From a virus (taxonomy: Duplodnaviria; Caudoviricetes): a DNA stretch of 64,000 nt. Positions within the stretch are counted from its first letter, which is position 1; each line of letters begins with the position of its first letter. A program made the translations under genes and the position numbers. The stretch covers positions 32,001-96,000 of the IMG/VR virus record IMGVR_UViG_3300028048_003227. One strand, given 5' to 3'. A model generated the notes under the pieces. It was given only the letters and a program-made list of their open reading frames with translations, made no database searches and was not told the DNA's origin. Positions 10,577 through 20,562 of this stretch are shown here, in pieces.

Positions 10577-11092
10577 ATGGATGTAGAGAAAGTAGTCGGT
10601 GCTTTTTCTTTTAAGAAATTTACCGGGGAACGGTTGGATAATATTGAGGAGTATGTGAAAGAATACTGCTCTACCCATTCTAATATAGATATACTCGTTG
10701 GGACTGACTCACAGAACCGAGGTCCCAAAACACTTTTTTCCACCATCATAGCCATGTATGACCGGGGTGACGGAGATGGACACGGGCATGGTGCACATTG
10801 TGTGTTTAGTCGTTGGAGTACTCCACGTTATCGTCGTACACAGAGTAATGAAAGACTTCTTAAGGAAGTTGAAGAGAGCATTGCCACTGCAGATCGACTT
10901 CGAGAAGCTGGAGTGAGAGTGAAATACATAGACTTAGACATCAACCCTGAACCAGGGACAAACCATAGGAATCTCTCTAATGATGTATATACAGCGGCTA
11001 AGGGTTGGGTTGAAGGTAGTGGTTATGAGTGCCGATGGAAAACACTTGGTCCACTCGTTACAACCATGGCTGATTGGGTGGTAAAGAAATAA
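10577..11092 (+). CDS. RNase H-like YkuK family protein
   Basis: 'LVGTDSQ', 'ERLLKEV..SI..A', 'DLDINP', 'ADW'. Confidence 0.75.
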   Translation: MDVEKVVGAFSFKKFTGERLDNIEEYVKEYCSTHSNIDILVGTDSQNRGPKTLFSTIIAMYDRGDGDGHGHGAHCVFSRWSTPRYRRTQSNERLLKEVEESIATADRLREAGVRVKYIDLDINPEPGTNHRNLSNDVYTAAKGWVEGSGYECRWKTLGPLVTTMADWVVKK

Positions 11093-11095
11093 AAC

Positions 11096-11169
11096 GGCCT
11101 GGTAGACCAACCGGAAGAGTCAATAGATTCAAAACCTATTCAGTGTGAGTTCGAATCCCACCCAGGCTA
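11096..11169 (+). tRNA. tRNA-Leu(CAA), short variable arm
   Basis: Acceptor GGCCTGG/CCAGGCT, anticodon loop TT-CAA-AA, GTTCGAATC T-loop; one mismatch each in the anticodon and T stems. Confidence 0.75.
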
Positions 11170-11171
11170 CG

Positions 11172-11201
11172 AAAGGATCTCTTTAATAGAGGTCCTTTTT
11201 T
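11172..11201 (+). terminator. Rho-independent terminator
   Basis: AAAGGATCTCT-ttaat-AGAGGTCCTTT plus T-run. Confidence 0.75.
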
Positions 11202-11217
11202 AATGATTATTGATAAT

Positions 11218-12903
11218 ATGAAACATTTAGCTCAATACTTCATAGAAAAACTTAATATACAAGCACCGGTTCTTGAAGGTGGTGCTAGCGGACATATGCT
11301 CCATCCATTTGATGTGGATGACTTTACAGGTTACGATATAGAAGAACTTATTAAAACTATGTTTGGTGGAAAGATGGAGGGAATGACCGAGAAGATGGAT
11401 GGTTTTGGTATGCAAGCCAGTATGAATGGGAATGGAGAAGTAGTGTTCATTCGTAATAAAACCAATCTTAATAGTGAGAAGGGTGGGATGACACTGGGAG
11501 ACTTCGCTACCCAGTGGGCAGAGAATCCTACAGCTCTTGATAATTATACTCGTGGTGGAAAGATTATAGAGGCTGTGTTTAAGAAAGTAGGTAAGGATTG
11601 GTTTAACCCGGATTCCACCACTCGTCGTGTAGTGAACTGCGAATGTATCCTTGCCGGAACCACAAACACTATTCCATACGCATCCGACCAAGTAGATTTT
11701 CATAATATATGGATATATAAAAAACAAGAAAGTGATAGTGAATGGAAAAACACCGAGGTTACAAAACGCGGACTTGACGTGATCGAGAAAGCCTGTGAAG
11801 GTATTGATAATGCAAAAATCACACCTCAAGTAATTATTAAATATTCTGAGGAAACTGCAAGACTTGAAAAGAAATGGTTAGATGCTTGGAGTAAGTTTAT
11901 AAAAGAATATGATTGTTCTCCGGAAGCGACCATCGAGGGAATTAAGTATAGTCTTTTCTATAAATGGGTAGAAAAGAATATTCCTTGGTTGATGGATGAT
12001 CATAAAGCCAGTATGGATGTGTGTAGGAGATGGTTATTTGGAGATAAGAAAGGATCTGATTGGAAGGATATTAAAGATGTATATAAAGACCATGTTGATG
12101 AACTAGTGAAATTAGACAAAGGAGTGAGTAAAGTCGTTGGTGATGTTCTCCTCCCTCTGCAGAAGTTTTTCTATGGGATGGGTGCAGATGTCATTAAAGT
12201 AACAAGTGGATTCATTAATGATGGACAAGATGGAACCATCAAGTCACTTCTTAAAGACCTTCAAGCAGCAACTGATAAGATTAAGAAAGAAGGATCTCTT
12301 GAAGATAACGAATTCTTACAGAAATGGTTAGATGTATTGAAAGAGATTGGTGAAGAAAACCTTGCGAGTGCTGAAGGTATTGTCTTCTCTTATAAAGGTA
12401 AGATGATGAAATGGACGGGTGGTTTTGTTCCACTTAACCGTATCATTGGTTATAGCAAGTATACTATGAAACCAAAGAGTCTTGTGGAGAGTTTGTTTGA
12501 TAAGGATTTAGTAACAAGTAAAACAGTGCCTGAAAAACTCGCATATGTACTTAAAAAGTTTTTTGGAAATGATGTAGCACTATGTGAGGATCACCAAGGA
12601 TCTACTAAATGGTATGAAGTTAATCCATCTACAATGAATGTTACACCAAACACATCTCTCAATACACGAATTATAAACTATTGTGAGAAGGTAGATGGGT
12701 TAGAGGTGAAGAGAGATAATTTACCAGGATTTTCAATCGCCAAAGGATATAAGATTGGGGATGATGATTATTGGATAAATATAACCTTAATAAAACACAT
12801 GGAGAAAAGTATTAAAGTAAGTAAAGAATTTTATGACTCCATGGTTCTTCCTCATGATCAGAAAGGTGTAGTAGAAAGAGGGTGGGGAGAATGGCAAAGA
12901 TAG
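11218..12903 (+). CDS. Large phage protein (DUF6267-like), putative internal head protein
   Basis: 'EGGASGHMLHPFD', 'TEKMDG', 'EGIVF...KWTG' nucleotidyltransferase-like motifs; MKHL..Y..E leader and an internal 'KSLVESLFD'. Confidence 0.55.
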   Translation: MKHLAQYFIEKLNIQAPVLEGGASGHMLHPFDVDDFTGYDIEELIKTMFGGKMEGMTEKMDGFGMQASMNGNGEVVFIRNKTNLNSEKGGMTLGDFATQWAENPTALDNYTRGGKIIEAVFKKVGKDWFNPDSTTRRVVNCECILAGTTNTIPYASDQVDFHNIWIYKKQESDSEWKNTEVTKRGLDVIEKACEGIDNAKITPQVIIKYSEETARLEKKWLDAWSKFIKEYDCSPEATIEGIKYSLFYKWVEKNIPWLMDDHKASMDVCRRWLFGDKKGSDWKDIKDVYKDHVDELVKLDKGVSKVVGDVLLPLQKFFYGMGADVIKVTSGFINDGQDGTIKSLLKDLQAATDKIKKEGSLEDNEFLQKWLDVLKEIGEENLASAEGIVFSYKGKMMKWTGGFVPLNRIIGYSKYTMKPKSLVESLFDKDLVTSKTVPEKLAYVLKKFFGNDVALCEDHQGSTKWYEVNPSTMNVTPNTSLNTRIINYCEKVDGLEVKRDNLPGFSIAKGYKIGDDDYWINITLIKHMEKSIKVSKEFYDSMVLPHDQKGVVERGWGEWQR

Positions 12904-12907
12904 TGAT

Positions 12908-13447
12908 ATGAAACATTTAAAAGAATATATAAACGAAGGGATATTTGATGACAATATTAAATCATCAGTCTCAATCAATGGGATAACCATTGATGAAGCT
13001 AAATGGGAGCTTTGTAAGAAATATTATCAAAAGAGAAGACAGAAGTATTTTAGTAATATGAAAACTGCATTTCTCGGAGATTTGATGTATAAGTATACTG
13101 TAGCATACAACGAAGATGACTGTGTGGTTGCTGTGGGAACTGATCCTGATGATTTTGATGTGTATGTGCTTTGCCCCGAGACTATATATATGTGTCATGA
13201 GGCATCTGAACTGCATGGTCACCCATACTCTTTCTCATTAACAAATATCGATGAAGCAAATGACTTTGATATATCATTTAACTGGTATCAAGACGCGAGA
13301 CGCGGATGGATGTGGATTGGAGGAACATACAGTGGGAGATGGGTGGAGAAAATGAAGGAAGCTGGGTTCGAGAGTCTGGTTGGATACATCCCAGGAACTA
13401 TCTCAAAGAAAGCCCAAGAAGTTATAAAAAAATATACTAAAAAATGA
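12908..13447 (+). CDS. Putative internal head protein (CTS-like leader MKHLKEYINE)
   Basis: ORF and leader motif. Confidence 0.55.
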   Translation: MKHLKEYINEGIFDDNIKSSVSINGITIDEAKWELCKKYYQKRRQKYFSNMKTAFLGDLMYKYTVAYNEDDCVVAVGTDPDDFDVYVLCPETIYMCHEASELHGHPYSFSLTNIDEANDFDISFNWYQDARRGWMWIGGTYSGRWVEKMKEAGFESLVGYIPGTISKKAQEVIKKYTKK

Positions 13448-14052
13448 AAAGTTTACAAGAAAGTTTGTTTGATTCGAAGACTCAAACGATGGAATCATTG
13501 TTTGATAAAGATCTCATAACTAAAGACCCTCTTGATGATCCCGCATTTAAGAAATGGATTAATCAACCAAATACCCTTTGGTATATATTTTATTACTGGG
13601 AGAGTGCAGAAGAAGATTGGTTGGATGATTTTGTAAAAGGGGAGTGGAAAGTGTATAAACCATATGTTGATATAGTGTTGAGAACAATAACTAAATCTAT
13701 GGGTAATGTGTATACCTGGTATATGATTAACTTTGACCAATTTGATTATTCCGATGAAGTAAAAGATAAGTTTGCTGATGAGGCTGAGTTTTATGATATA
13801 ATGAATGATGCTATTTATGAGATAGTACGCAAAAATTCCGAGGAGAAAGATGGTATATCTAAATCATGGTTCCGCGGTCCTTTCCCAAAAAACAGTAATG
13901 TAACATCTCTCCTTAATCAACTTGAATTACCTATGATGAAACCTGGAAAAGTAGATAGTGGTATTTTCCTTACAAACGAAGACACTATTATGATTCTCGC
14001 GTTCCCTAAAGGAACACCAAAAAATATACTTAAATTATTTAATCTAGCATAA
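13444..14052 (+). CDS. Putative internal head protein (ESLFD leader, duplicated)
   Basis: MKSLQESLFD...MESLFDKDL. Confidence 0.55.
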   Translation: MKSLQESLFDSKTQTMESLFDKDLITKDPLDDPAFKKWINQPNTLWYIFYYWESAEEDWLDDFVKGEWKVYKPYVDIVLRTITKSMGNVYTWYMINFDQFDYSDEVKDKFADEAEFYDIMNDAIYEIVRKNSEEKDGISKSWFRGPFPKNSNVTSLLNQLELPMMKPGKVDSGIFLTNEDTIMILAFPKGTPKNILKLFNLA

Positions 14053-14261
14053 TGTCCCCTATCAAAACATATCTCGCAGAAAGTCTTGTTGGTAAACGAT
14101 ATCACTTTAAATGTGATTGTTTACTAAATATAGATGTAGTTGGTGTTGTAAAGGGATGGAGTATGCATCAGGGAGAGATTATATGGGACGTACATACAGA
14201 TAGTGGGAAAGTGGTAAGAATAGGAGAAAATCATCCTAATATGAATATTGAGAAAATATAG
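14052..14261 (+). CDS. Small protein with YLAES leader
   Basis: Coupled TAATG junction; leader motif. Confidence 0.5.
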   Translation: MSPIKTYLAESLVGKRYHFKCDCLLNIDVVGVVKGWSMHQGEIIWDVHTDSGKVVRIGENHPNMNIEKI

Positions 14262-14277
14262 TATTATTATTTGATAC

Positions 14278-15111
14278 ATGAAACCCATTACAGATTATAT
14301 AACAGAATCAAAAAAAGCGGTTTATGAGCTTTCAAAAGATTTCGAAGAGAAATCCATAAAAATATTAGACGAGATTCAATCATTGCTACCAAAATCATAT
14401 CCTGGATATAAAACCACCCGGGACGAAGGTTATTTTGTATATAATAAATATGATCTTTTAAGAGCGCCTATTGAAAATACACTATATAAAGGAAACGTAG
14501 ATAGTTTAAATTTTAGAATTTTACGTGATAGTAGTAATATGGATACATCACTAGTGAAGAGTGCAATAGAATCCATATTTAAAGTTAAAATAAACGAAAG
14601 CATATTTGATAATAATGTAGAAAAAGATATTCCCGAATATGAATGGATAAATGATGTATATAACGGACTTTGTAAATTTTTTAAAACAAAAGATTTTTCT
14701 AATATCTCTGTTGGACAGTGTTCTCAATATAGTTTCAGTGGAAAGGATTTTTCAAAATTCAGCAATTATCCAACTGTAGAAAAAGAAGGGTATCGTGTAA
14801 CTCTTTGTGGAATTGATACCAGTAGATTAGATGGATATTATAGAAACCTTTATATTATAATTTGTATATATGAAAAGAAAGATCCGGAAAAAGTAGCAAG
14901 CATCAAAGCTCAAAATGATGCTATGAAACCATTAGATTGTGACGGTAGAGAGTTGATGATTGATGATAAAGTAGCATACATATTTAGTGGGAGTTTAAAA
15001 GTTGGTAAAGTAGGAAAAATTTCAAAACAACAAATTATAGTAGATAATAATCGTGTATACGGAGATCGTTGTTGTTTAATATCGAGAAAAAATGGAAAAA
15101 GAGTAGAATGA
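14278..15111 (+). CDS. Putative internal head protein (MKPITDYITES; internal INESIFD)
   Basis: ORF and leader motif. Confidence 0.55.
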   Translation: MKPITDYITESKKAVYELSKDFEEKSIKILDEIQSLLPKSYPGYKTTRDEGYFVYNKYDLLRAPIENTLYKGNVDSLNFRILRDSSNMDTSLVKSAIESIFKVKINESIFDNNVEKDIPEYEWINDVYNGLCKFFKTKDFSNISVGQCSQYSFSGKDFSKFSNYPTVEKEGYRVTLCGIDTSRLDGYYRNLYIIICIYEKKDPEKVASIKAQNDAMKPLDCDGRELMIDDKVAYIFSGSLKVGKVGKISKQQIIVDNNRVYGDRCCLISRKNGKRVE

Positions 15112-15578
15112 AAACATTAAAAGAATCGTTATTCGATAGTGATATTATCGAAAAAGACATGACTCTTTCGGACTATTATCATATAAAAAATGTATTTACT
15201 CGTCATCCTGGTGATATATTAGACCCATTCGATAATGATAAATTAAAAAAATTAAAACCCCTTGTAAAACCACTACCTGATACACCTAATGATAAAGACG
15301 ACGAAAAATATCTCAATAAAATTTCCCCGATAATTCAACATATACTGGATATTCCAGCTTATGTTTTTTTGCGTAAAAATTCATCAGCCGAATCAATTAG
15401 GGAGCTTCCAATACAGACAGATCTGAGAGTGTTTTGCGATAAATTATTGTCTTCTAAATTTAAAAGAAATGGTGGAAAATTAGACATATACTGCGATCAG
15501 TATAACAAAGGAGAGATTGAGATTAATATAGATAATCAATATCAGGGTGTGTTAGTTATTGATTTAGAGATAAATTAA
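15108..15578 (+). CDS. Putative internal head protein (MKTLKESLFD)
   Basis: ATGA overlap with upstream gene; leader motif. Confidence 0.55.
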   Translation: MKTLKESLFDSDIIEKDMTLSDYYHIKNVFTRHPGDILDPFDNDKLKKLKPLVKPLPDTPNDKDDEKYLNKISPIIQHILDIPAYVFLRKNSSAESIRELPIQTDLRVFCDKLLSSKFKRNGGKLDIYCDQYNKGEIEINIDNQYQGVLVIDLEIN

Positions 15579-15592
15579 ATTATTATTTATAC

Positions 15593-16141
15593 ATGAAACA
15601 TTTGATTGATATAATTAATGAAAGCAATATAGACAGAGCAGAACGCAAATACCGGGAGTTTTGTGGTATGTGTAAAGCATATGATCCTGATATAGATATA
15701 AAAGATATTTGTGTACATAAGACCAGCAAGAACAACTGGGCTGTATATGCAAAGGGAACTGATGGTAAATGCAAGAAACTTTTCCTTGCTTCTTATTTTG
15801 TACTTGATGATGATGTGATTAAAGATAAAGGTATTGAAGTTTGTACTGAGTCTCTAAATGAAGCAAAAGAAAGTTATGAAGTGATGTTCCTCCAATATGA
15901 TCCAGATGTTCAGGAAGAATACGAGAATGGTGATGCCACAGATGACGAGCTTCATGATAGTGCTTATGAGAGTGATAAAGTAAAAAGAGAACAAATTGAT
16001 GCGGTAAATGATAAAGACGCTGTTCGTAAAGCAACAAAGGAACTCGCAAAAGTAGTTAATAAACATCCTGAAATCTGTATGGCTAGTATTTACCGAGGTT
16101 CAGCAGATGATGGAGAAATAGTAGAAACAATATTTGTTTAA
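15593..16141 (+). CDS. Putative internal head protein (MKHLIDIINES)
   Basis: ORF and leader motif. Confidence 0.55.
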   Translation: MKHLIDIINESNIDRAERKYREFCGMCKAYDPDIDIKDICVHKTSKNNWAVYAKGTDGKCKKLFLASYFVLDDDVIKDKGIEVCTESLNEAKESYEVMFLQYDPDVQEEYENGDATDDELHDSAYESDKVKREQIDAVNDKDAVRKATKELAKVVNKHPEICMASIYRGSADDGEIVETIFV

Positions 16142-16146
16142 GAGAT

Positions 16147-16290
16147 ATGGCGAAACTTATAAAAACAAATTCTTCTTCATATAAAGAGAAACCCTCTGTA
16201 AAGAGACCTGGTGTTCACGCAAAGACAAAGACATCAGCTAGCAAGAATAGTAAAAATTATGTAAAACCTTATAGAGGACAAGGAAGATAA
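16147..16290 (+). CDS. Small basic protein ending YRGQGR (absent from ORF track)
   Basis: 47 aa, MAKLIKT...KPYRGQGR; this C-terminal motif occurs in small basic proteins of T4-like phages. Confidence 0.6.
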   Translation: MAKLIKTNSSSYKEKPSVKRPGVHAKTKTSASKNSKNYVKPYRGQGR

Positions 16291-16300
16291 ATAGATAAAT

Positions 16301-16741
16301 ATGAGAACAATAATAGAATTTATAAATGAAGCATTGACTGGTAAAGCTAAAGGCTGTCTTTGGACATATGCTGATTGGAGAGATTATCTCAATGATGAAT
16401 TATCTTGGGAAGATTTTGCAGAGGACACTCTTGAGGATCTTAGACCAGCCGATCAAAAGAAAGTAAAGGATATTCTTGATGATGTTAAAAAGAATATGAT
16501 TAAATGTGGTAGAGTATTCTTAGGTAACTGGGGTGAAGGTTATTATGATGATATGGATGAAGCTTGGGATTATTTCTATGCGGAATCAGGATGTAAGAAG
16601 AGAAATTTCTGCATCAATATGTTTCAGGACGGAGACGATGGGGATTACTATTATGTAGAATTCAAAAAGAATGTCGATCCGAAACTGGTAGAGGATTTTA
16701 AAGCATTGTTTAGTGATGATGTTTGGTTTAACGAAAGATAA
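16301..16741 (+). CDS. Putative internal head protein (MRTIIEFINEA)
   Basis: ORF and leader motif. Confidence 0.55.
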   Translation: MRTIIEFINEALTGKAKGCLWTYADWRDYLNDELSWEDFAEDTLEDLRPADQKKVKDILDDVKKNMIKCGRVFLGNWGEGYYDDMDEAWDYFYAESGCKKRNFCINMFQDGDDGDYYYVEFKKNVDPKLVEDFKALFSDDVWFNER

Positions 16742-16770
16742 TATTATCAAATATTAAATTAATAAAAATC

Positions 16771-16798
16771 AAAGGAGATCCCCACAAGGATCTCCTTT
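16771..16798 (+). terminator. Rho-independent terminator
   Basis: AAAGGAGATCC-cacaa-GGATCTCCTTT. Confidence 0.7.
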
Positions 16799-16844
16799 AT
16801 TATTTAAATGATACTTTGTATCATGGAAATCAAACTATTTATAC

Positions 16845-18509
16845 ATGACTGGATGTCCTATAAAACGTATAATAACTTTTAAAAACGCCGTTGCGTTTGC
16901 TCCCATAAAACTTACAGATGAACTAGGGAACGATATAACTAACGTAAGTATGTATTCCTGGAGTAGTGACGGTGCCTGTTGGACCGGTTGGGTTAGTTAT
17001 GAGCAGTATCTGGGACTCGCAAAAAATATAGAGAGTGATTACTTTTTAAGGATAATGATAACCGGGGGTCTGGGAAAGATATATTATAATGATCTCCTAA
17101 CTGACTGTTATAGTATTTGTCTTGATAACACCAACGCGTTCCTTAAAGAGTTCTGCGACTCATCCACACTTTTCCAACCATACACAGGGCTTGATTGCGC
17201 CCTTCTCCTCCAACAGCAGATGGCAGATAGCGTGGTGTGTATGTTTGGGATACCTGTTTATTACCTCCGTGTAACTCCCAATCAAGAGTCTGTGGATTAT
17301 ACATTTAAAGAATGGACACTCCATAACATCATTGACATTAAACAACTCAAGCTTATGATACCAGATGGTACCATGCCTTCATCCAACCCAAAACTCACGG
17401 ATTTTGATTTTGATTGGGAAGTGGATTGGGAAACGGAACTGAGTAAGAATCAATTTGCAAAGGCATTCGGAGACACTGCATTTCCAAAACAACGTGATCT
17501 TGTTTATATCCCTCTTATGAAACGACTCTGGGAGGTAAACAGCGCTTATGATGAAAAGAACGAGGGACTCCTATGGAGACCGACCACATGGAAACTTGCT
17601 CTTATCAAGTACAACGAAAAGACAAATGTTGATAAAGGAGACTTTGAAGGGTTAATTGATGGATGGTTGGTTAATAAGTATGATGAGACTTTTGGCGAAG
17701 CAGAGAGAGAAGAACAAGAGAGAGAAAGTGGAACAACACAACTATCCGCTCCAAAGTTCTCTGCTACAAACTTATATAATATATTTATGGAAGACGGAGT
17801 AAGAAAGCAGTTTACCAAAGAAGATATAACAATACAAGATAAAATATATTGTAATCGTAATAATATAGTTGCGAGAAATATATATAGATTTAAAAATGAG
17901 AATGGATGTGTGACCTATCAAAAACCTCTTTGCGGTGGTGACGGATGGATTTCATTTATAATAGAAACCCCTGGATCAATGGAGGTAATGGAAAGAAAAG
18001 AGATTTTAAAGTTTAGCGAGATTAGTGTTGATGTTGCTTTCGATGGAGAACACTTTATTTTATCATGGAATAATATGTCAGCATCCCTTGACCCATTCTC
18101 TTGCTATATGGTGGTGATTAGATGGAATAGCCATAATAGATCGGTAGATTTTAACGTTTATCCTTATACACATGAGGATCGTCCTATATATCTTCTTAAA
18201 CCCGAGATGTATTGGTGGGATTTTGAACATCCTATAACAACATCTGTAGATAATTTTAATAATTATTTTAGTGAGAGCTATCAGGTAGGTGGAACGAAAA
18301 ATGTATATAATGATGATTGGTCTATAGAAGGAGAGTGTGTTATACACCCCTGGCCTATTGCTATGACAAATATTAAATATTACCGAGGTGTAATGAATAT
18401 TGAAGATATATTAAAAGAAAGTATTAAATACACCACTAATCACGAACAATGTGTTATTAACGACCTTGCCCGTCCTATACTTGATGGACATGGATATGCT
18501 GTGAGATAA
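16845..18509 (+). CDS. Neck / head-closure protein containing a T4 gp14-like domain
   Basis: 'MFGIPVYYL', 'FPKQRDLVYIPLMKRLWEV' resemble the gp14 core. Confidence 0.65.
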   Translation: MTGCPIKRIITFKNAVAFAPIKLTDELGNDITNVSMYSWSSDGACWTGWVSYEQYLGLAKNIESDYFLRIMITGGLGKIYYNDLLTDCYSICLDNTNAFLKEFCDSSTLFQPYTGLDCALLLQQQMADSVVCMFGIPVYYLRVTPNQESVDYTFKEWTLHNIIDIKQLKLMIPDGTMPSSNPKLTDFDFDWEVDWETELSKNQFAKAFGDTAFPKQRDLVYIPLMKRLWEVNSAYDEKNEGLLWRPTTWKLALIKYNEKTNVDKGDFEGLIDGWLVNKYDETFGEAEREEQERESGTTQLSAPKFSATNLYNIFMEDGVRKQFTKEDITIQDKIYCNRNNIVARNIYRFKNENGCVTYQKPLCGGDGWISFIIETPGSMEVMERKEILKFSEISVDVAFDGEHFILSWNNMSASLDPFSCYMVVIRWNSHNRSVDFNVYPYTHEDRPIYLLKPEMYWWDFEHPITTSVDNFNNYFSESYQVGGTKNVYNDDWSIEGECVIHPWPIAMTNIKYYRGVMNIEDILKESIKYTTNHEQCVINDLARPILDGHGYAVR

Positions 18510-18526
18510 AATTATTGATGATTATT

Positions 18527-19051
18527 ATGAAGAGTTTAATGGAATCATTGTTTGATAATGATTTAGTTGAAAGAAATATTGGGTTCTTTAATTACTATAA
18601 ATGGAGATTTGGGCGGATATCGTTAATAAATCGAGAGGGTTCTTCAGTTACTAATGATTTAAGTCAAAATCTCGATGACGATTCATTCAAAAAGGTTTTT
18701 AAAACAACCGAACTTAATCAACTTCCAAAATATAAAAAACTATCATTAAATAATTTTGATAAATATGAGCAACCATTATTGAGTCAAATTTATCATACTC
18801 TTGAGATGACACCATTTAATAAAGTTGATGATAGATGGAAATTGGGAAGAGTTGTTCATGATTCAATAAAAGATATCATTAAAGTACCTGTCTCTGGTGG
18901 CATGACAACAGTTCATATGTATCCGAATACAAAATCAACATCTATTGATAGGGATAATGTTAAAAACATCACTGTTTATGTCGAATATGTATTAAATATT
19001 AATAAAAAACTATATGATTTGATAGTTGATTTAAGTTTTGAAAAGAATTAA
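18527..19051 (+). CDS. Putative internal head protein (MKSLMESLFD)
   Basis: Leader motif. Confidence 0.55.
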   Translation: MKSLMESLFDNDLVERNIGFFNYYKWRFGRISLINREGSSVTNDLSQNLDDDSFKKVFKTTELNQLPKYKKLSLNNFDKYEQPLLSQIYHTLEMTPFNKVDDRWKLGRVVHDSIKDIIKVPVSGGMTTVHMYPNTKSTSIDRDNVKNITVYVEYVLNINKKLYDLIVDLSFEKN

Positions 19052-19052
19052 T

Positions 19053-19541
19053 ATGAAGAGTTTAGTAGAAAGTTTATTTGATAAGGATTTAATTTCTAAA
19101 GATATCTTTAATACTCACCCAAAATCTTGGGAGGAGTTACATCAGACTGTATACGAATACTTGAAAGCAGTTAAACCAAAAGAAGGAGAAATTGTTGATC
19201 TCAATTGGATAAATACCAAAGACGTTGACGATATGGGACATATATTTTATGAACCCGAAAGCGATGTACAGTATGATTTATACAATTATGATGTTTCAAA
19301 ATGGAATGTCAAGAAAGTGACATGCATGTATGAAATGTTCTGTGGTTGCAAGTATTTTAATTGTGACATATCTGGATGGGATGTTAGCAATCTTGAGGAC
19401 GCGGAAACAATGTTTTATGGATGTACGAAGTTCAATCAAAATTTAGAGAAATGGAACCCTCGTAAGTTAAAATATATGCATGGTATGTTTGATGATTGTG
19501 ATTCCCTTAAAAAATTACCGAGTTGGTATAAAGTAAAATGA
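19053..19541 (+). CDS. BspA/DUF285-like repeat protein with ESLFD leader
   Basis: 'DVSKWNVKKVTCMYEMF', 'FNCDISGWDVSN', 'FNQNLEKWN' repeats. Confidence 0.75.
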   Translation: MKSLVESLFDKDLISKDIFNTHPKSWEELHQTVYEYLKAVKPKEGEIVDLNWINTKDVDDMGHIFYEPESDVQYDLYNYDVSKWNVKKVTCMYEMFCGCKYFNCDISGWDVSNLEDAETMFYGCTKFNQNLEKWNPRKLKYMHGMFDDCDSLKKLPSWYKVK

Positions 19542-20032
19542 TGAAGAGTTTAGTAGAAAGTTTGTTTGATAATAATCTTGCTAAAAAAGATTTATGTATA
19601 GGTGATGTGTATAAGTTATCAAGCACACCACATGATAATTATTTCTCTAATGATCCTTTCTTATTTGTAGATCTATTCAAAGGAAAAGAATTGAAGAAAA
19701 TAAAAGGAAATTATACATATGTTGACCCAAATAACGGATTTGTGGAATATTGGAATAGGATGAAAGATAATTTGAAGGGATTTGGTATAGCCCCTGTTAT
19801 CGATATAATTCTTAAAGCCCCAATAAGCATCATTACTGACCGTTATCCCACTAATTGTGAATCGGAGTTTAAGAAATACCTTGAACCTTATATTCATTCC
19901 TTGGATTATAAAGATTTTAGAGTTTTTATAGACTTTTATAATAAAAAAAGAGATATAATAAAATTATCGTTTTATGATAATATACTAGACTCAAAACCTA
20001 GTTCTATGACAATACATTTAGAGAAGATATGA
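19538..20032 (+). CDS. Putative internal head protein (MKSLVESLFD)
   Basis: Leader motif. Confidence 0.55.
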   Translation: MMKSLVESLFDNNLAKKDLCIGDVYKLSSTPHDNYFSNDPFLFVDLFKGKELKKIKGNYTYVDPNNGFVEYWNRMKDNLKGFGIAPVIDIILKAPISIITDRYPTNCESEFKKYLEPYIHSLDYKDFRVFIDFYNKKRDIIKLSFYDNILDSKPSSMTIHLEKI

Positions 20033-20481
20033 AAAGTTTAAAAGAGAGCCTATTTGACAGTGATCTTGCCACCAAGGATTTAACTTTTGGTGATTTGTTT
20101 GAGTTGGATGAAAAATACAGTTCCAATTGGAAGTATTGTCCATTGGATAAACAGTTTAGTGCTCAGAAAATAAAATCCAAGACTAAAGTGACTGGATCAG
20201 ACAAGTGTGAAATTATCTTCAACGGATTGGTTAAACTGATAGAAAATATCAAGCTTAAAGGATTCCCAGAGGATATGAATAAAGGATGGCTCTCCCATGA
20301 AGTAGAGAGTGCGGTATGGGATTTCTTCCGGCATGGTGAGGTGAAGAAGAGAGTGTATGTTATGTTTTTGAATAATGGACATCTCATTTTAGATAGAGAT
20401 AGAAGTTTGTTTGGCGATAGTTTTGATACCATACAAATTATTGTGGGACCGGAGCTTAATTTAGTGTTTAGACGTAAATAA
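20029..20481 (+). CDS. Putative internal head protein (MKSLKESLFD)
   Basis: Leader motif. Confidence 0.55.
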   Translation: MKSLKESLFDSDLATKDLTFGDLFELDEKYSSNWKYCPLDKQFSAQKIKSKTKVTGSDKCEIIFNGLVKLIENIKLKGFPEDMNKGWLSHEVESAVWDFFRHGEVKKRVYVMFLNNGHLILDRDRSLFGDSFDTIQIIVGPELNLVFRRK

Positions 20482-20562
20482 TTAATAATGACATATTTAA
20501 CGAGGCAGTTGTTTTTGCAGTTGCCTCTTATTTTTCTCGAAAGTTTTAAATATATTATACAT

